IMG/VR virus record: IMGVR_UViG_3300028588_000812
Reading direction: 5' to 3' (one strand)
Length of the DNA: 49,763 nt
Source: an uncultured virus (IMG/VR IMGVR_UViG_3300028588_000812)
Lineage: Duplodnaviria > Heunggongvirae > Uroviricota > Caudoviricetes
The notes under the pieces are model-generated. The model had not been told where the DNA came from. It did not search any database and was given only the letters and a program-made list of their open reading frames with translations. The translations under genes were made by a program, and so were the position numbers. Positions 19,345 through 28,900 of the stretch are shown here, in pieces (within the stretch, counting starts at the first letter, position 1; each line of letters begins with the position of its first letter).

Positions 19345-19737
19345 TTAAAGTTGATTGATAAATTCTGGCAATCCAGAAAATATACCCCAAATTGCTGTAA
19401 CTCCAAGAGCTACGTAAATTATAAATATAACAGTGTTAATAATCATTGTTATTAACGAAACACTAATACCTATGATAGCTGGCCATTTAGGTTTTCTCTT
19501 TTTAACTAGAGAAACAATACCTAAGATAAGTGCTAATGGTAGTAAGAAGAAAGCAAAGATGCCCATGAACGGGATGATTGAAGTGATAACACCTGCAATC
19601 ATGAGAGCAAAACTCCACATACCTAGAGGGTTAGCACCCCATAAGCTTTTATTTATAATAACAACTTTAGGTTGGTTTCTGTATTCTTCTTCCTCTATAG
19701 AATATAAGTTTACAGGTTGATGTTCTAGGTTTGTCAT
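19345..19737 (-). CDS. Small three-TM protein (DUF4190-like)
   Basis: LILGIVSLVKKRKPKWPAIIGI; start MTNLE overlaps the upstream stop (TAATG). Confidence 0.75.
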   Translation of the reverse strand: MTNLEHQPVNLYSIEEEEYRNQPKVVIINKSLWGANPLGMWSFALMIAGVITSIIPFMGIFAFFLLPLALILGIVSLVKKRKPKWPAIIGISVSLITMIINTVIFIIYVALGVTAIWGIFSGLPEFINQL

Positions 19738-20030
19738 TAAAGTAAAGCAATCCCTAATAATCCAACTAAGATTACTCCTATGACAAGGAAAATAATAACA
19801 CCAGCGAAGGAAACAATTAAGGTTACAATTGCTGGCCATTTAGGTTGCTCTTTTTTGACCAATGAAATGATAGCTAGAACAAGACCAGCTAAACTGGCAA
19901 AACCAGAAACGCCACCTAAACCAACAAGGCTAAGTAGTATCCCCGCAACTGTAACAATAACAGCCAAAGTTCCGTAACGGGCTGTTTCAAATAAGCCTGG
20001 TTGGGTTGATGATGTATTATAATTTGACAT
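19737..20030 (-). CDS. Small three-TM protein, paralog of the neighbour
   Basis: LVLAIISLVKKEQPKWPAIVT. Confidence 0.75.
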   Translation of the reverse strand: MSNYNTSSTQPGLFETARYGTLAVIVTVAGILLSLVGLGGVSGFASLAGLVLAIISLVKKEQPKWPAIVTLIVSFAGVIIFLVIGVILVGLLGIALL

Positions 20031-20064
20031 TTACGTATATTCCTCTCGTTCTTCCCCTAAAACA

Positions 20065-20100
20065 ATAATAGAGGAAGAATATATATTCTTCCTCTATTAT
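20065..20100. repeat. Perfect 36-bp palindrome (terminator or operator)
   Basis: ataatagaggaagaatatatattcttcctctattat equals its own reverse complement. Confidence 0.85.
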
Positions 20101-20133
20101 ATCAGCAGATACGCAAATGATTAATTTAGTTAT

Positions 20134-20580
20134 TTAGCTTTGCTCTGTAATGTATGTGTAATAACTTGAAGCGTAATCTCTATACAACTTAGAATATAAA
20201 ACAGTACGATAAAAGTTTGTACTCATAAGGTTAGCTTCTTCAACATATTTAGCGTAAAGGTTCTCAATGAATTCTTTTTCAGAATACTTTTTATCTAAAC
20301 ACTCATTTTTAAGATTTTCTAAGTCTTCCATTGCAATAGCTTCAAAAGCTAAACAAACCTTTTTACGGTCAGTAGCTTTCGAGTCACGCATAAAATGGGC
20401 CTGGTAGGGGATATTGAAAGTGGCAATAAAATTGTCGTCAAATTCAACTTCCATGCCATATAGACCACAAATAAAGCTTAGTTCATTACGTACGCTAGCT
20501 TTACCCTGTTTGTTGAGAAAAACATCCCAAATAATTACGTCATTTGAGGTAACCAAGTTACCTTTGTATTCAGAAAACAA
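20134..20580 (-). CDS. Hypothetical protein
   Basis: 148 aa ORF overlapping the upstream gene end. Confidence 0.65.
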   Translation of the reverse strand: MFSEYKGNLVTSNDVIIWDVFLNKQGKASVRNELSFICGLYGMEVEFDDNFIATFNIPYQAHFMRDSKATDRKKVCLAFEAIAMEDLENLKNECLDKKYSEKEFIENLYAKYVEEANLMSTNFYRTVLYSKLYRDYASSYYTYITEQS

Positions 20581-21034
20581 GTTCTTTACCTCCGTTACGG
20601 AAATACTCTGCTACGTTAGCAGGATATTTCATTAATTCTGCTGCATAAATGCTGTGGAAATGATTTGACCCTTTACGCAAAATTAAGTCCTCATAGTGTC
20701 TATTTAGATACTCTGTGACAAGCTCTTCAGTAAGTTCGTCGTAAGTAATTTTGGATAAAAATTTAGCACCTGTACGGATATAACTCGCAATAGAGTTACG
20801 TGTCTCCTTACTATAAAATTCAAGAGATTTTAGTGCACCTTCAATGTTTGCAGGCGTTGGCTCTACATCACCTGAATATTCTGCAAACGAAAATTCAGGA
20901 GTTAAGTCATCCTGAATAGTAACGCGAAGGTGGCCTTCTGCTACACTGCGGTCAAAGATGTATTTGTCACGGGGCGCATAGGTACCACGGCAAGCATGTT
21001 GAAACAAGCTAAGATTAGTCATGTCATAAATCAT
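20570..21034 (-). CDS. Hypothetical protein
   Basis: 154 aa ORF; TATGCT 6 nt before the ATG. Confidence 0.7.
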   Translation of the reverse strand: MIYDMTNLSLFQHACRGTYAPRDKYIFDRSVAEGHLRVTIQDDLTPEFSFAEYSGDVEPTPANIEGALKSLEFYSKETRNSIASYIRTGAKFLSKITYDELTEELVTEYLNRHYEDLILRKGSNHFHSIYAAELMKYPANVAEYFRNGGKELVF

Positions 21035-21063
21035 TTAATAAGCATAACATTATTTTGGTCTAA

Positions 21064-21105
21064 AAGCAATATGCCACTCACTTAAATGTGAGTGGCATAT
21101 TGCTT
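21064..21105. terminator. Terminator of the desaturase gene
   Basis: aagcaatatgccactcac-ttaaat-gtgagtggcatattgctt. Confidence 0.85.
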
Positions 21106-21112
21106 AAATGTT

Positions 21113-22249
21113 TTAATTACGTGGTCGTAATTCTGCAATCATAGGGCAAACAAATGGATCTCTGTTGTTAGATAATCCGACTTTGTTCAAGTAACGAATA
21201 ATTACACCATAAGATTCGATAATACCCATTTCAACAAAAGGCACTTCTTTCTCTTTGCAGTATTCGGTTACAAGTTTATGTGCTTTCTTCAAATGTGGAC
21301 GAGCCATTGAAGGGAACAAATGATGTTCTACTTGGAAGTTTAAACCACCCATAAGGTTGTCCGTTAACCATGTGCTTCTAATGTTACGAGAAGTCAATAC
21401 TTGACGTTCAAAGAAATCAATTTTGGCGTTCCTATCAACCATAGGCATACCTTTATGGTTAGGTGCGAATGCTGCTCCCATGAAGAAACCAAATGACATC
21501 ATCATAATCATCCATAGACCAAATGCAACAAAAATGTTTTGGAAAAGGATTAACGCAACAACAAAAGGTGTAACTTGACGTACAACCATCATACCGAATT
21601 CTAGGAACTTATGTTTAACCTTTTTATCTTTGCTAGTGATTGAAGCGAAAGAATCCAATAATAAGTCAAAGCTAGTAAATAGAAGTAGGAAAGGGAATAA
21701 CCAACCTTGGTTTTTAGAGACAATTTTCTCTACACCTTTTTTCTCTTCCAACGATTCAGTTGTGAATGATAGAACGCGAATGTTAATGTCTGGGTCAGCG
21801 CCAATTTGGTTAGGCTTTGCGTGGTGACGGTTGTGCTTACGCATCCAAAAACCATAGGATAATCCAGCAAGAAGGTTAGCTAGTACCCTACCAGTGTTAT
21901 CATTTAGTCTATTACTACGGAAAACTTGACGGTGTGAGGTTTCGTGAGCGATAAAGGCGTACTGTGCGGCCATTACACCTTGTAGAAGCATAATTGGTAC
22001 AGATACCCAAACGGCACCCCAAAAAGGCATGAGTAAGGCTACAGTCACTAATGCGGCCCAAAGAATAAGTGAGAACGTTGTAATAATAGCTAAACGTTTA
22101 ATATAGAATGAGGGAATTTTTTCTAGAAGTCCAGCTTGTTTAGCTCTAGCTAAGATTTCAGTATAATGTGATAGTGTTTTATTTGCCCCTGTTTTTCGGA
22201 CAGGTGACAATTCGCCATTTTTTACAATGGCATTATTTGTTAAAGTCAT
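21113..22249 (-). CDS. Membrane fatty acid (acyl-CoA) desaturase
   Basis: His boxes HETSH, HNRHH and QVEHHLFP. Confidence 0.92.
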   Translation of the reverse strand: MTLTNNAIVKNGELSPVRKTGANKTLSHYTEILARAKQAGLLEKIPSFYIKRLAIITTFSLILWAALVTVALLMPFWGAVWVSVPIMLLQGVMAAQYAFIAHETSHRQVFRSNRLNDNTGRVLANLLAGLSYGFWMRKHNRHHAKPNQIGADPDINIRVLSFTTESLEEKKGVEKIVSKNQGWLFPFLLLFTSFDLLLDSFASITSKDKKVKHKFLEFGMMVVRQVTPFVVALILFQNIFVAFGLWMIMMMSFGFFMGAAFAPNHKGMPMVDRNAKIDFFERQVLTSRNIRSTWLTDNLMGGLNFQVEHHLFPSMARPHLKKAHKLVTEYCKEKEVPFVEMGIIESYGVIIRYLNKVGLSNNRDPFVCPMIAELRPRN

Positions 22250-22352
22250 GCAGGACTAAACCTTTGTTTATAGTTATTTATTATAGTATCATCTTTTTAT
22301 GTTAAAGTAAACGTTATTGAAGCTTTGAATTTGCCTAACAGAAGAAAAGTTC

Positions 22353-22381
22353 TTGACTTTTCATCACCAATAAGCTAGACT
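22353..22381 (+). promoter_or_regulatory. Sigma-A promoter TTGACT-N17-TAGACT, leaderless
   Basis: Near-consensus -35 and -10; ATG 6 nt downstream at 22388. Confidence 0.75.
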
Positions 22382-22387
22382 CTATAT

Positions 22388-23050
22388 ATGGCTTATAACT
22401 CACATGATCACAAGCGCCCACATAAAGTTCTTCTTCAAAAGAAAGCAAGACTTGGTGCAGCGCAAGCTCTATATGCTTCTTTCGTCGCTTCAAATCTTGT
22501 AGAAGCAAACAACATTCTTGATAACACTTCCTTTGGTTCTCTTGATGCCAAGAGTAAACAGGTCATCAAAGAAGCAATTACGAATAACTCTGATGCGCTA
22601 TTCCTAAGCCGTGTTATTGACTTCCTTCTTACCTTAGAAGATACTTTACAAAGCGCAGAAATTATTAACTGTATCAAGCGTGTAAACAAAACAGTTGTAG
22701 ACGAAAAATTTGTCACACTTACAGACCCTACTGACTTGAGTAAACTAGTAGTTAGCCCTACTTTTGAGGTATTGCTTAACGCTATTGCACCAAACACTCT
22801 TCTAGAGTTCAATGAACAACTTAATGGGACGTTACTTCTTGCATCCCTTGATGAGTACAACAATGATGCTTTAGTGGATTATGCTTTAGAAGCAACTCAA
22901 CGCTTGATTGAGTTTGATAAAGTATCTAAAGACCTTCTATATACAGCTATTCTTGCTGAATATGATTTAGGCGAATTCCATGAAAAAGCAGAACAAATGT
23001 TTACTGATTTCTCAGAAGCAGACCAGTTGGAAGCTTTAAATTCTATTTAG
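22388..23050 (+). CDS. Hypothetical helical protein
   Basis: 220 aa ORF with its own promoter. Confidence 0.75.
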   Translation: MAYNSHDHKRPHKVLLQKKARLGAAQALYASFVASNLVEANNILDNTSFGSLDAKSKQVIKEAITNNSDALFLSRVIDFLLTLEDTLQSAEIINCIKRVNKTVVDEKFVTLTDPTDLSKLVVSPTFEVLLNAIAPNTLLEFNEQLNGTLLLASLDEYNNDALVDYALEATQRLIEFDKVSKDLLYTAILAEYDLGEFHEKAEQMFTDFSEADQLEALNSI

Positions 23051-23063
23051 TTAATACCGATAG
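23037..23063 (+). promoter_or_regulatory. Sigma-28-like promoter TAAA-N15-aCCGATAG
   Basis: taaa ttctatttagttaat accgatag; matches FliA/WhiG consensus spacing. Confidence 0.6.
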
Positions 23064-23097
23064 ATATGATGTAGTTCATATTTATTGGAGTTTTATT

Positions 23098-24624
23098 TTG
23101 TGTAAGTCATGTGCAGAAGGTGGCGTTCGTTGCCAATCTGATACTAGTGTTAAACGTCGTTTACGTAGAAAAACGTCTCAAACTTTAACTACTGTTGCAG
23201 CGCCTGTTAAACCAAATAAATCTTTTAATACTGTTCCTTCTTTAGTATCTTCTGACTTAGTTAATGAAGTTGCCTCTATCCATTCATCTTTGTTAGCTCC
23301 TACAGTCTCTCAAAGTGAACAAGATATTATTGATAGCCATATTGAGCAGAAAGTAACAGCAGTTGGCGCAGAAATTGCTAAAAAAGTAGACGAGCTTGTA
23401 GAACCTTTAAAACAACAGTATAAAGAAGACTATGATGCTCCAAATGATGAGCTTGATGCGGCTATGGTTGTCTATGAAGATGCTTTTGTAGCGGAAGCTG
23501 ATTTAGCACCAGATGCTTCTGATGAAGAAAAGAAAGCTGTTGCTGAACAGGTAGAAAAAGCAGAAGCATTATTTAAAGAAGCTAGCGAGTTAGATGATGT
23601 ACGAAGAAGTGCAATAACTAACGAATATTTATCTAAAGTTGCAGATACGTATGTTACTGTTCTTTCAGATTTTCGCCCTATTGGCGGCAAAGTAAATAAT
23701 GCTACGCGAGATAGCGATGCTAACGCTGTAGCATTATTAGAAGATAGCGTAGAAAAAGTTTATCCTTCTGAATGGATAGATAATTCTAATGCTAGTGGTC
23801 CTCTACATTTTGAGTCCACAAATGGTCGTGCTGGTTTTGTTTCTAACTTAGTTGATTTTAGCGATGAAGCAATTAAGCAATACCCTGATGAAGTAACCAT
23901 GGAAGCACCTGGTCTAGTTTCTACGCATATTCCGAGTGATAAAGCAGAGGAAGTTGCTGCTAAAATTGGCCATGGTGCTTATGTTGCAGATGCCCGAGAG
24001 CTTGATATCAACAATGAAATGGTAAGAATTGTTATCATCCCTGCCCGCGAAATATTTGACCCTAGTGTAGATGCAACAAATGATGATGGTACTCCTGCTG
24101 GTGAAGGTTGGGAACTTAGTCATTTTTACGATTTTAATACTGCGACCGCTACTGAAACACCTGTATGGAATAAAAGCTTAGCTCAACCTGCTGTTAAAAG
24201 AAGCACTATTTCTCTTCCCGAAATTAATGAAGATAAAACACAGCTTGATGCTCAGGCAACAGCTATTCATGAATATGCGCATCGTATGGAAGAAACTAGA
24301 CCACATATTATGCGTATGGAAGAAGCATGGTTAAAACGCCGTACCACAGACCCAGTAACTGGTATCCGTGAAGATAATTCTATTATGTATCCAGTTTTGC
24401 CGGGTACTAGTGTTGGTGATTTAGAGCTTGGCCGTCGTGATAATTTCTTACATCATTACATTGGTAAGGAATACACTACTTCTCATCATCGTGAAGTGTT
24501 TTCTGTTGGTATGGAATCTATGTTTGGGCATCAAAAACTAGGTGGTCTAATTGGGGCTTCCGATAATATAAAAGCGGACCAAGATCATAGAAACTTTATT
24601 CTAGGATTATTAGCAACAGCTTAG
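23098..24624 (+). CDS. MC..GGxRC-tagged protein with C-terminal HExxH zincin-like domain
   Basis: TTG start with ggag RBS; MCKSCAEGGVRC; AIHEYAHRME and downstream REVFSVGME. Confidence 0.75.
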   Translation: MCKSCAEGGVRCQSDTSVKRRLRRKTSQTLTTVAAPVKPNKSFNTVPSLVSSDLVNEVASIHSSLLAPTVSQSEQDIIDSHIEQKVTAVGAEIAKKVDELVEPLKQQYKEDYDAPNDELDAAMVVYEDAFVAEADLAPDASDEEKKAVAEQVEKAEALFKEASELDDVRRSAITNEYLSKVADTYVTVLSDFRPIGGKVNNATRDSDANAVALLEDSVEKVYPSEWIDNSNASGPLHFESTNGRAGFVSNLVDFSDEAIKQYPDEVTMEAPGLVSTHIPSDKAEEVAAKIGHGAYVADARELDINNEMVRIVIIPAREIFDPSVDATNDDGTPAGEGWELSHFYDFNTATATETPVWNKSLAQPAVKRSTISLPEINEDKTQLDAQATAIHEYAHRMEETRPHIMRMEEAWLKRRTTDPVTGIREDNSIMYPVLPGTSVGDLELGRRDNFLHHYIGKEYTTSHHREVFSVGMESMFGHQKLGGLIGASDNIKADQDHRNFILGLLATA

Positions 24625-24630
24625 GAAAAT

Positions 24631-24957
24631 ATGAAAAAGATAGATGACCCAGTTATTGTTGTAGACGTTGACGGTGACTTGATTGTAAGCGTTGGTGTTG
24701 GAAGTATAGAAAACGTTAAAATAACATGTGAAAATAAACAGCATTCCAAACTTATCAATGATGCTCTATTTTTACAAATGGAAACAGAAATTATTTGGGG
24801 CACTAAGCCTATTAAAGCGAGCTATGAAACTGAATTAAATCTTCTAGCGGCTCTATTTTCTGTATTGCCAGGAAGAACTTACGTTAAAGAATGTTCCGAA
24901 GAATTAAAGAGGCAGCTTGACGAAATCGCCAAGCTGCCTCCGGGTGCTATTGCTTAA
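24631..24957 (+). CDS. Hypothetical protein directly downstream of the metallopeptidase gene
   Basis: 108 aa, 6 nt after the upstream stop, agga RBS. Confidence 0.7.
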   Translation: MKKIDDPVIVVDVDGDLIVSVGVGSIENVKITCENKQHSKLINDALFLQMETEIIWGTKPIKASYETELNLLAALFSVLPGRTYVKECSEELKRQLDEIAKLPPGAIA

Positions 24958-24960
24958 AGT

Positions 24961-25290
24961 TTAGATATCTTCTCTGATAATCGCGTCTACCATTACTGAA
25001 AACGGTACAGAACCTAGGATACGGTCCTCTTGTTCTATACCGTTTTTGTATATAACCATTGTAGGGATAGTAACCACATTATAGTCCTCCGCTAATTCTG
25101 GGTTTCTATCTACATCCACTTTAACAATAGACACTTCATCGGAGTATTGGCCAGAAAAGTAATCTAATACAGATTTCATGACTTTACAAGGACCATTAGT
25201 TTCTGCCCCAAAATTAATTACTATTGTTCTATTATCAGTTTCAAGTCTCTCTTGTAACTCAGAACGGGACAAGACCTCTTTTGTTAGCAT
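24961..25290 (-). CDS. Thioredoxin-fold protein with single-Cys site (TNGPC)
   Basis: VINFGAETNGPCKVM, KVDVDRNPELA, VVTIPT. Confidence 0.85.
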   Translation of the reverse strand: MLTKEVLSRSELQERLETDNRTIVINFGAETNGPCKVMKSVLDYFSGQYSDEVSIVKVDVDRNPELAEDYNVVTIPTMVIYKNGIEQEDRILGSVPFSVMVDAIIREDI

Positions 25291-25348
25291 CTTTTCTCCT
25301 AATGCACTCTTTAGTTAAGTATCGGAAAAAACACAGAATATATTAAGG

Positions 25349-25930
25349 TTAAGCTAATATTTTTTTATACTTACGATTTAGCACCCATGTAAATACAAGG
25401 CTAAACACAAAACTAATACCAGCTAAACCTAATTGAGAGTACACATATTCTAAAGTAATTGACTTATCATTTGTCTTACCTGCAATATCAGCCAAAGCCC
25501 AAATAGCTAAATTTGCACTCAACATAGCAAAGAAAGTTGTAAACAACCTTAGCATTTTAATTACAGTTATTTTGGTACTTTTGGAATGAGCTTGAATATC
25601 ATGAGCTAATGTCTGCATGAAAGTTAACGAGGCACCATTTGCAATAAACTCTTTGATAACGTTCTTACGTGCAGCACGGTTCACCATAGCGCGCCATAAA
25701 AGTAAACCTACAACAACAGATGAACCGAAGTAAATAACATTCAAAGCCCAAGGCAAAACTGCAAATTGACCAGCTTCTACCACTTTAAGAATATTGATAG
25801 CTGCAACAAATAAACCTATAACAAGAATAAAATAATATGTTACGTTTGTGCTATGAAAATCAAACTTTAGCCCAGCTTTAAGCTCGGAAGTTAGTTCAGG
25901 CAACTTATCCAGATGTTTGGTATCAGTCAT
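25349..25930 (-). CDS. Four-TM membrane protein
   Basis: Four hydrophobic segments. Confidence 0.7.
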   Translation of the reverse strand: MTDTKHLDKLPELTSELKAGLKFDFHSTNVTYYFILVIGLFVAAINILKVVEAGQFAVLPWALNVIYFGSSVVVGLLLWRAMVNRAARKNVIKEFIANGASLTFMQTLAHDIQAHSKSTKITVIKMLRLFTTFFAMLSANLAIWALADIAGKTNDKSITLEYVYSQLGLAGISFVFSLVFTWVLNRKYKKILA

Positions 25931-25942
25931 AAAATTTCTCTA

Positions 25943-26683
25943 CTAGTTTTGTATGTTACTACGGATTGGGAACAAAGTTCCTTGGTCATTCATTCTTGCC
26001 TCTGGGATTTCTGTTGGACGGTCAACACGGTTCTCTTTAGCAAAATCTACAAACTCTTTGACAATATCTTCGTTATACAAACCACAAGTTTGAGAAATAC
26101 CCCATGTTGCAAAACCAACCGTTCTGTTACCCACTAATTTACCAGTAGTGGAATACCAAGGGTAGGCAAGAACTTTACCAGGGTTATCTACGGTGTATGC
26201 CTTGATAGCTGAAACGTCACTTGGTTCTGTTTCAGCAGTATACCAAATAACAGTTATATCTTTGTCATACATTGTTCGTAGAAGACGTTCTCTGTTAATT
26301 GGGCCTTTTACTTCCCCTGCATCGTAGAAACGGATATCAGCGTCAGAAAAGCTTTCTTTATCCATGTAACCAAACATAGGTACAACCATCTGTTGATGGA
26401 CAGGAATGTTTAATTCTGGTTTATCTTTATTAAGTTCATAGAACTCATCTTGAATAACACCAAAATTACCATCAATTGGTGGGTTGTAGTAAATATCACC
26501 ACAACTGTTAGCCATAGCCGTTAATGTTGCAGGGTATTGTAAACCACCAATACCTTGTGCTGGTGATGGTCTGTTAGGGTTAACACCAAAGATTACAACG
26601 CTAACTAGAAGCAAAATTGCTGCTAATAACGCTAGAATAATACCTCTTCTGGTATTTTTGTAGGAAAAGCTTACTTGACTCAT
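25943..26683 (-). CDS. Membrane-anchored DUF3105-like protein
   Basis: N-terminal TM; ITVIWY..VLAYPW..FATWG..C..IVKEF pattern. Confidence 0.55.
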   Translation of the reverse strand: MSQVSFSYKNTRRGIILALLAAILLLVSVVIFGVNPNRPSPAQGIGGLQYPATLTAMANSCGDIYYNPPIDGNFGVIQDEFYELNKDKPELNIPVHQQMVVPMFGYMDKESFSDADIRFYDAGEVKGPINRERLLRTMYDKDITVIWYTAETEPSDVSAIKAYTVDNPGKVLAYPWYSTTGKLVGNRTVGFATWGISQTCGLYNEDIVKEFVDFAKENRVDRPTEIPEARMNDQGTLFPIRSNIQN

Positions 26684-26711
26684 ATCTCTCTTATTATTAA
26701 TAAAATTTACT

Positions 26712-27578
26712 TTAAGAACTAACTGTTTCTAAAGTAATGTAAGGTTGTGTAACGGTTGAAGCTGTTTTGTTGTAACCAGGGTCAATTCCAACCATAAGGT
26801 TATTATCGCCAAGATTGGTGATAACAGCACGAGTTTCAGGGTTTACTTTGCTAGCGTTCCTGAAAGGCATGAATTGTTTAGATTTATCCCACCATGCTGC
26901 TTGGTCCCAACGGTATGAAGTTGTATGACCATGCATTTGAGAAAAAGGTGGAACTTCTGCGTTACCTTTCCAAGAATGCCATACTTCATCATTACCAATA
27001 GCCCATACTGGACCTGCCTTAAACTGAGGCATACCAAGCATTGCACCAGGTAGAGTAATTTCCTGAATGCTAAGCTCATTAAGAAGCTTAGAAGTTTCTA
27101 CAGCGGATGTTGGCTCGCCCATAGCTTCCCACCAATAGAAAGTTAAACCACCATGAGAGAAGAACCACGAATTATTGGCTGCAACCATTTTAGGTTTTTC
27201 TGAAACTTCTAATTTTGGGGGAACAATGTTATCTAAACCAAATGTGGGTCGAGCTAAACCTTCTCTATACCATTTACGAAGTAAAGCAATATCTTGTAAA
27301 TCGCAGTCACAACGCCAAAATGCTGGTGCACCTGGAATATGATTGAACTCATGGTTACCCAAAATTTGTTTCCAACGACCAGGGTTATTAATAATAAGCC
27401 TATCAACAACCTCTAAAAGAATTTTAGATGAAGGCCCTTTATGGATAAGGTCACCTAGATGAATAACTGTCAAATCCTCTGGAATAATACAATTTTTAAG
27501 ATCAACACCTAGTCCTTTTAACGCACCAAAAAGTTGCTTACCATGACCACCTGTGTCACCAAAAACAACATATTTCAT
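26712..27578 (-). CDS. Calcineurin-like metallophosphoesterase
   Basis: GDTGGH, GDLIHKG, GNHE, SHGG, HGHT, ID motifs. Confidence 0.85.
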   Translation of the reverse strand: MKYVVFGDTGGHGKQLFGALKGLGVDLKNCIIPEDLTVIHLGDLIHKGPSSKILLEVVDRLIINNPGRWKQILGNHEFNHIPGAPAFWRCDCDLQDIALLRKWYREGLARPTFGLDNIVPPKLEVSEKPKMVAANNSWFFSHGGLTFYWWEAMGEPTSAVETSKLLNELSIQEITLPGAMLGMPQFKAGPVWAIGNDEVWHSWKGNAEVPPFSQMHGHTTSYRWDQAAWWDKSKQFMPFRNASKVNPETRAVITNLGDNNLMVGIDPGYNKTASTVTQPYITLETVSS

Positions 27579-27637
27579 ATTATAATCTTTTCTTTATAGT
27601 CTATATACTCAATTATACCATTAAATAAGTATAATAA

Positions 27638-28417
27638 CTAGTCGTTTTCGCGTCGTTCCCCGCCAATACGGATTAAATCTGAACGACGGTCGCGGGCTTT
27701 TACTAGTAATAAGCCCAATTCAGTTAACATTTTCCCGTTAGGACGGCTTTTGGGAGGATTTTTGGTAAAAGTTTCGCGCAAAAAGTCTTCCAACTTTTCA
27801 TTTTCCACCAAACGGAAAGGTGCTTTATACCAGTTTTTGTCACGTGACACAAAAACTTTTTCTTGTGCAATTGTAACGACACCTTGAATTTTTAGCCCTT
27901 TAAGCTTCCTTCTCCAAATACCTATAGCGCTTGCAATATGTACTTTACCAGATGGAAAAGGCACTGTTCCTCTAAGAATTGAGCCTCCGGCTGTTACAGA
28001 ATATTTTCTTGAAGCTTTCCATCTTTTAGAGTCGATAATAAGAATATAATCACCGTAAACTAGTACATGGTCTGTGTCACCAGCGCTTTCTGGCCACGAT
28101 AAGGAATGAAACACGTACAAATCTTTGTATTCTTCTGCTAGTTTGTCTAGAAGACTTGCAGTTAGTTTTTCGCCTTCTTTACCTGCTTCCAATGCAGGTA
28201 TCATGCGGTTACCATCAATGCCCCATGTTAAGGATGCGGCAGGTGTGCCTAATACTTTTTTGCCACTTTTGAGAAGTTCTTTAACTTCGCTAGGGTCGGT
28301 ATACATGTAGTCTGCTTTGAAGGGAATAGCTTCAAAATCAAACTCTTCTTCACCATCTTCGTTGACAACAACTGTTGATGGTTTTTTACCAGGTATTGGT
28401 GGCAAATCTAATGGCAT
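27638..28417 (-). CDS. NERD-domain nuclease-like protein
   Basis: AGKEGE..VFHSL..GDTDHVLV..IIDSKRW. Confidence 0.8.
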   Translation of the reverse strand: MPLDLPPIPGKKPSTVVVNEDGEEEFDFEAIPFKADYMYTDPSEVKELLKSGKKVLGTPAASLTWGIDGNRMIPALEAGKEGEKLTASLLDKLAEEYKDLYVFHSLSWPESAGDTDHVLVYGDYILIIDSKRWKASRKYSVTAGGSILRGTVPFPSGKVHIASAIGIWRRKLKGLKIQGVVTIAQEKVFVSRDKNWYKAPFRLVENEKLEDFLRETFTKNPPKSRPNGKMLTELGLLLVKARDRRSDLIRIGGERREND

Positions 28418-28427
28418 GTAACTGTTC

Positions 28428-28889
28428 CTAGAGTGTTTTCTTTTTACGTTTGAAAATGTTGAATGTATCCCAAGTTAAACTGATAGGTGGATCGTATGGA
28501 TCGTTTTTATCGTGTACAACTTTTTCTTGTTCTACCTTTTTGGTGACTTCGTTCATTTCTGAAACATCAATTCCACCAATAAGGGTATTCCATTGTTCTT
28601 GCTCAAAACTGGTAAGTGAACCACCTTCATGCACTTGAACTTGTTTGTGTGCGCCTACTGTTTCTGTTTTCTGAATAACAGGTTCAACGGATTTAAAATC
28701 TTCGTATTGAAGTCTATCGCTAACAAACTTTTTGTATGTGGTGCGTGTTTTAAATACATAAACACCAATGACCCATGCTAGTACAACAAAGAACGTTGTA
28801 CCTAATACGAAGGTTGAATTAATAATGATATTAAGGCTTAAGCTTATTAGCAAACCAATGCCAGCCCATCTTAAAAATGCTTTACCCAT
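28428..28889 (-). CDS. Membrane protein
   Basis: Two N-terminal TM segments. Confidence 0.65.
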   Translation of the reverse strand: MGKAFLRWAGIGLLISLSLNIIINSTFVLGTTFFVVLAWVIGVYVFKTRTTYKKFVSDRLQYEDFKSVEPVIQKTETVGAHKQVQVHEGGSLTSFEQEQWNTLIGGIDVSEMNEVTKKVEQEKVVHDKNDPYDPPISLTWDTFNIFKRKKKTL

Positions 28890-28900
28890 TATTTTCCTTT

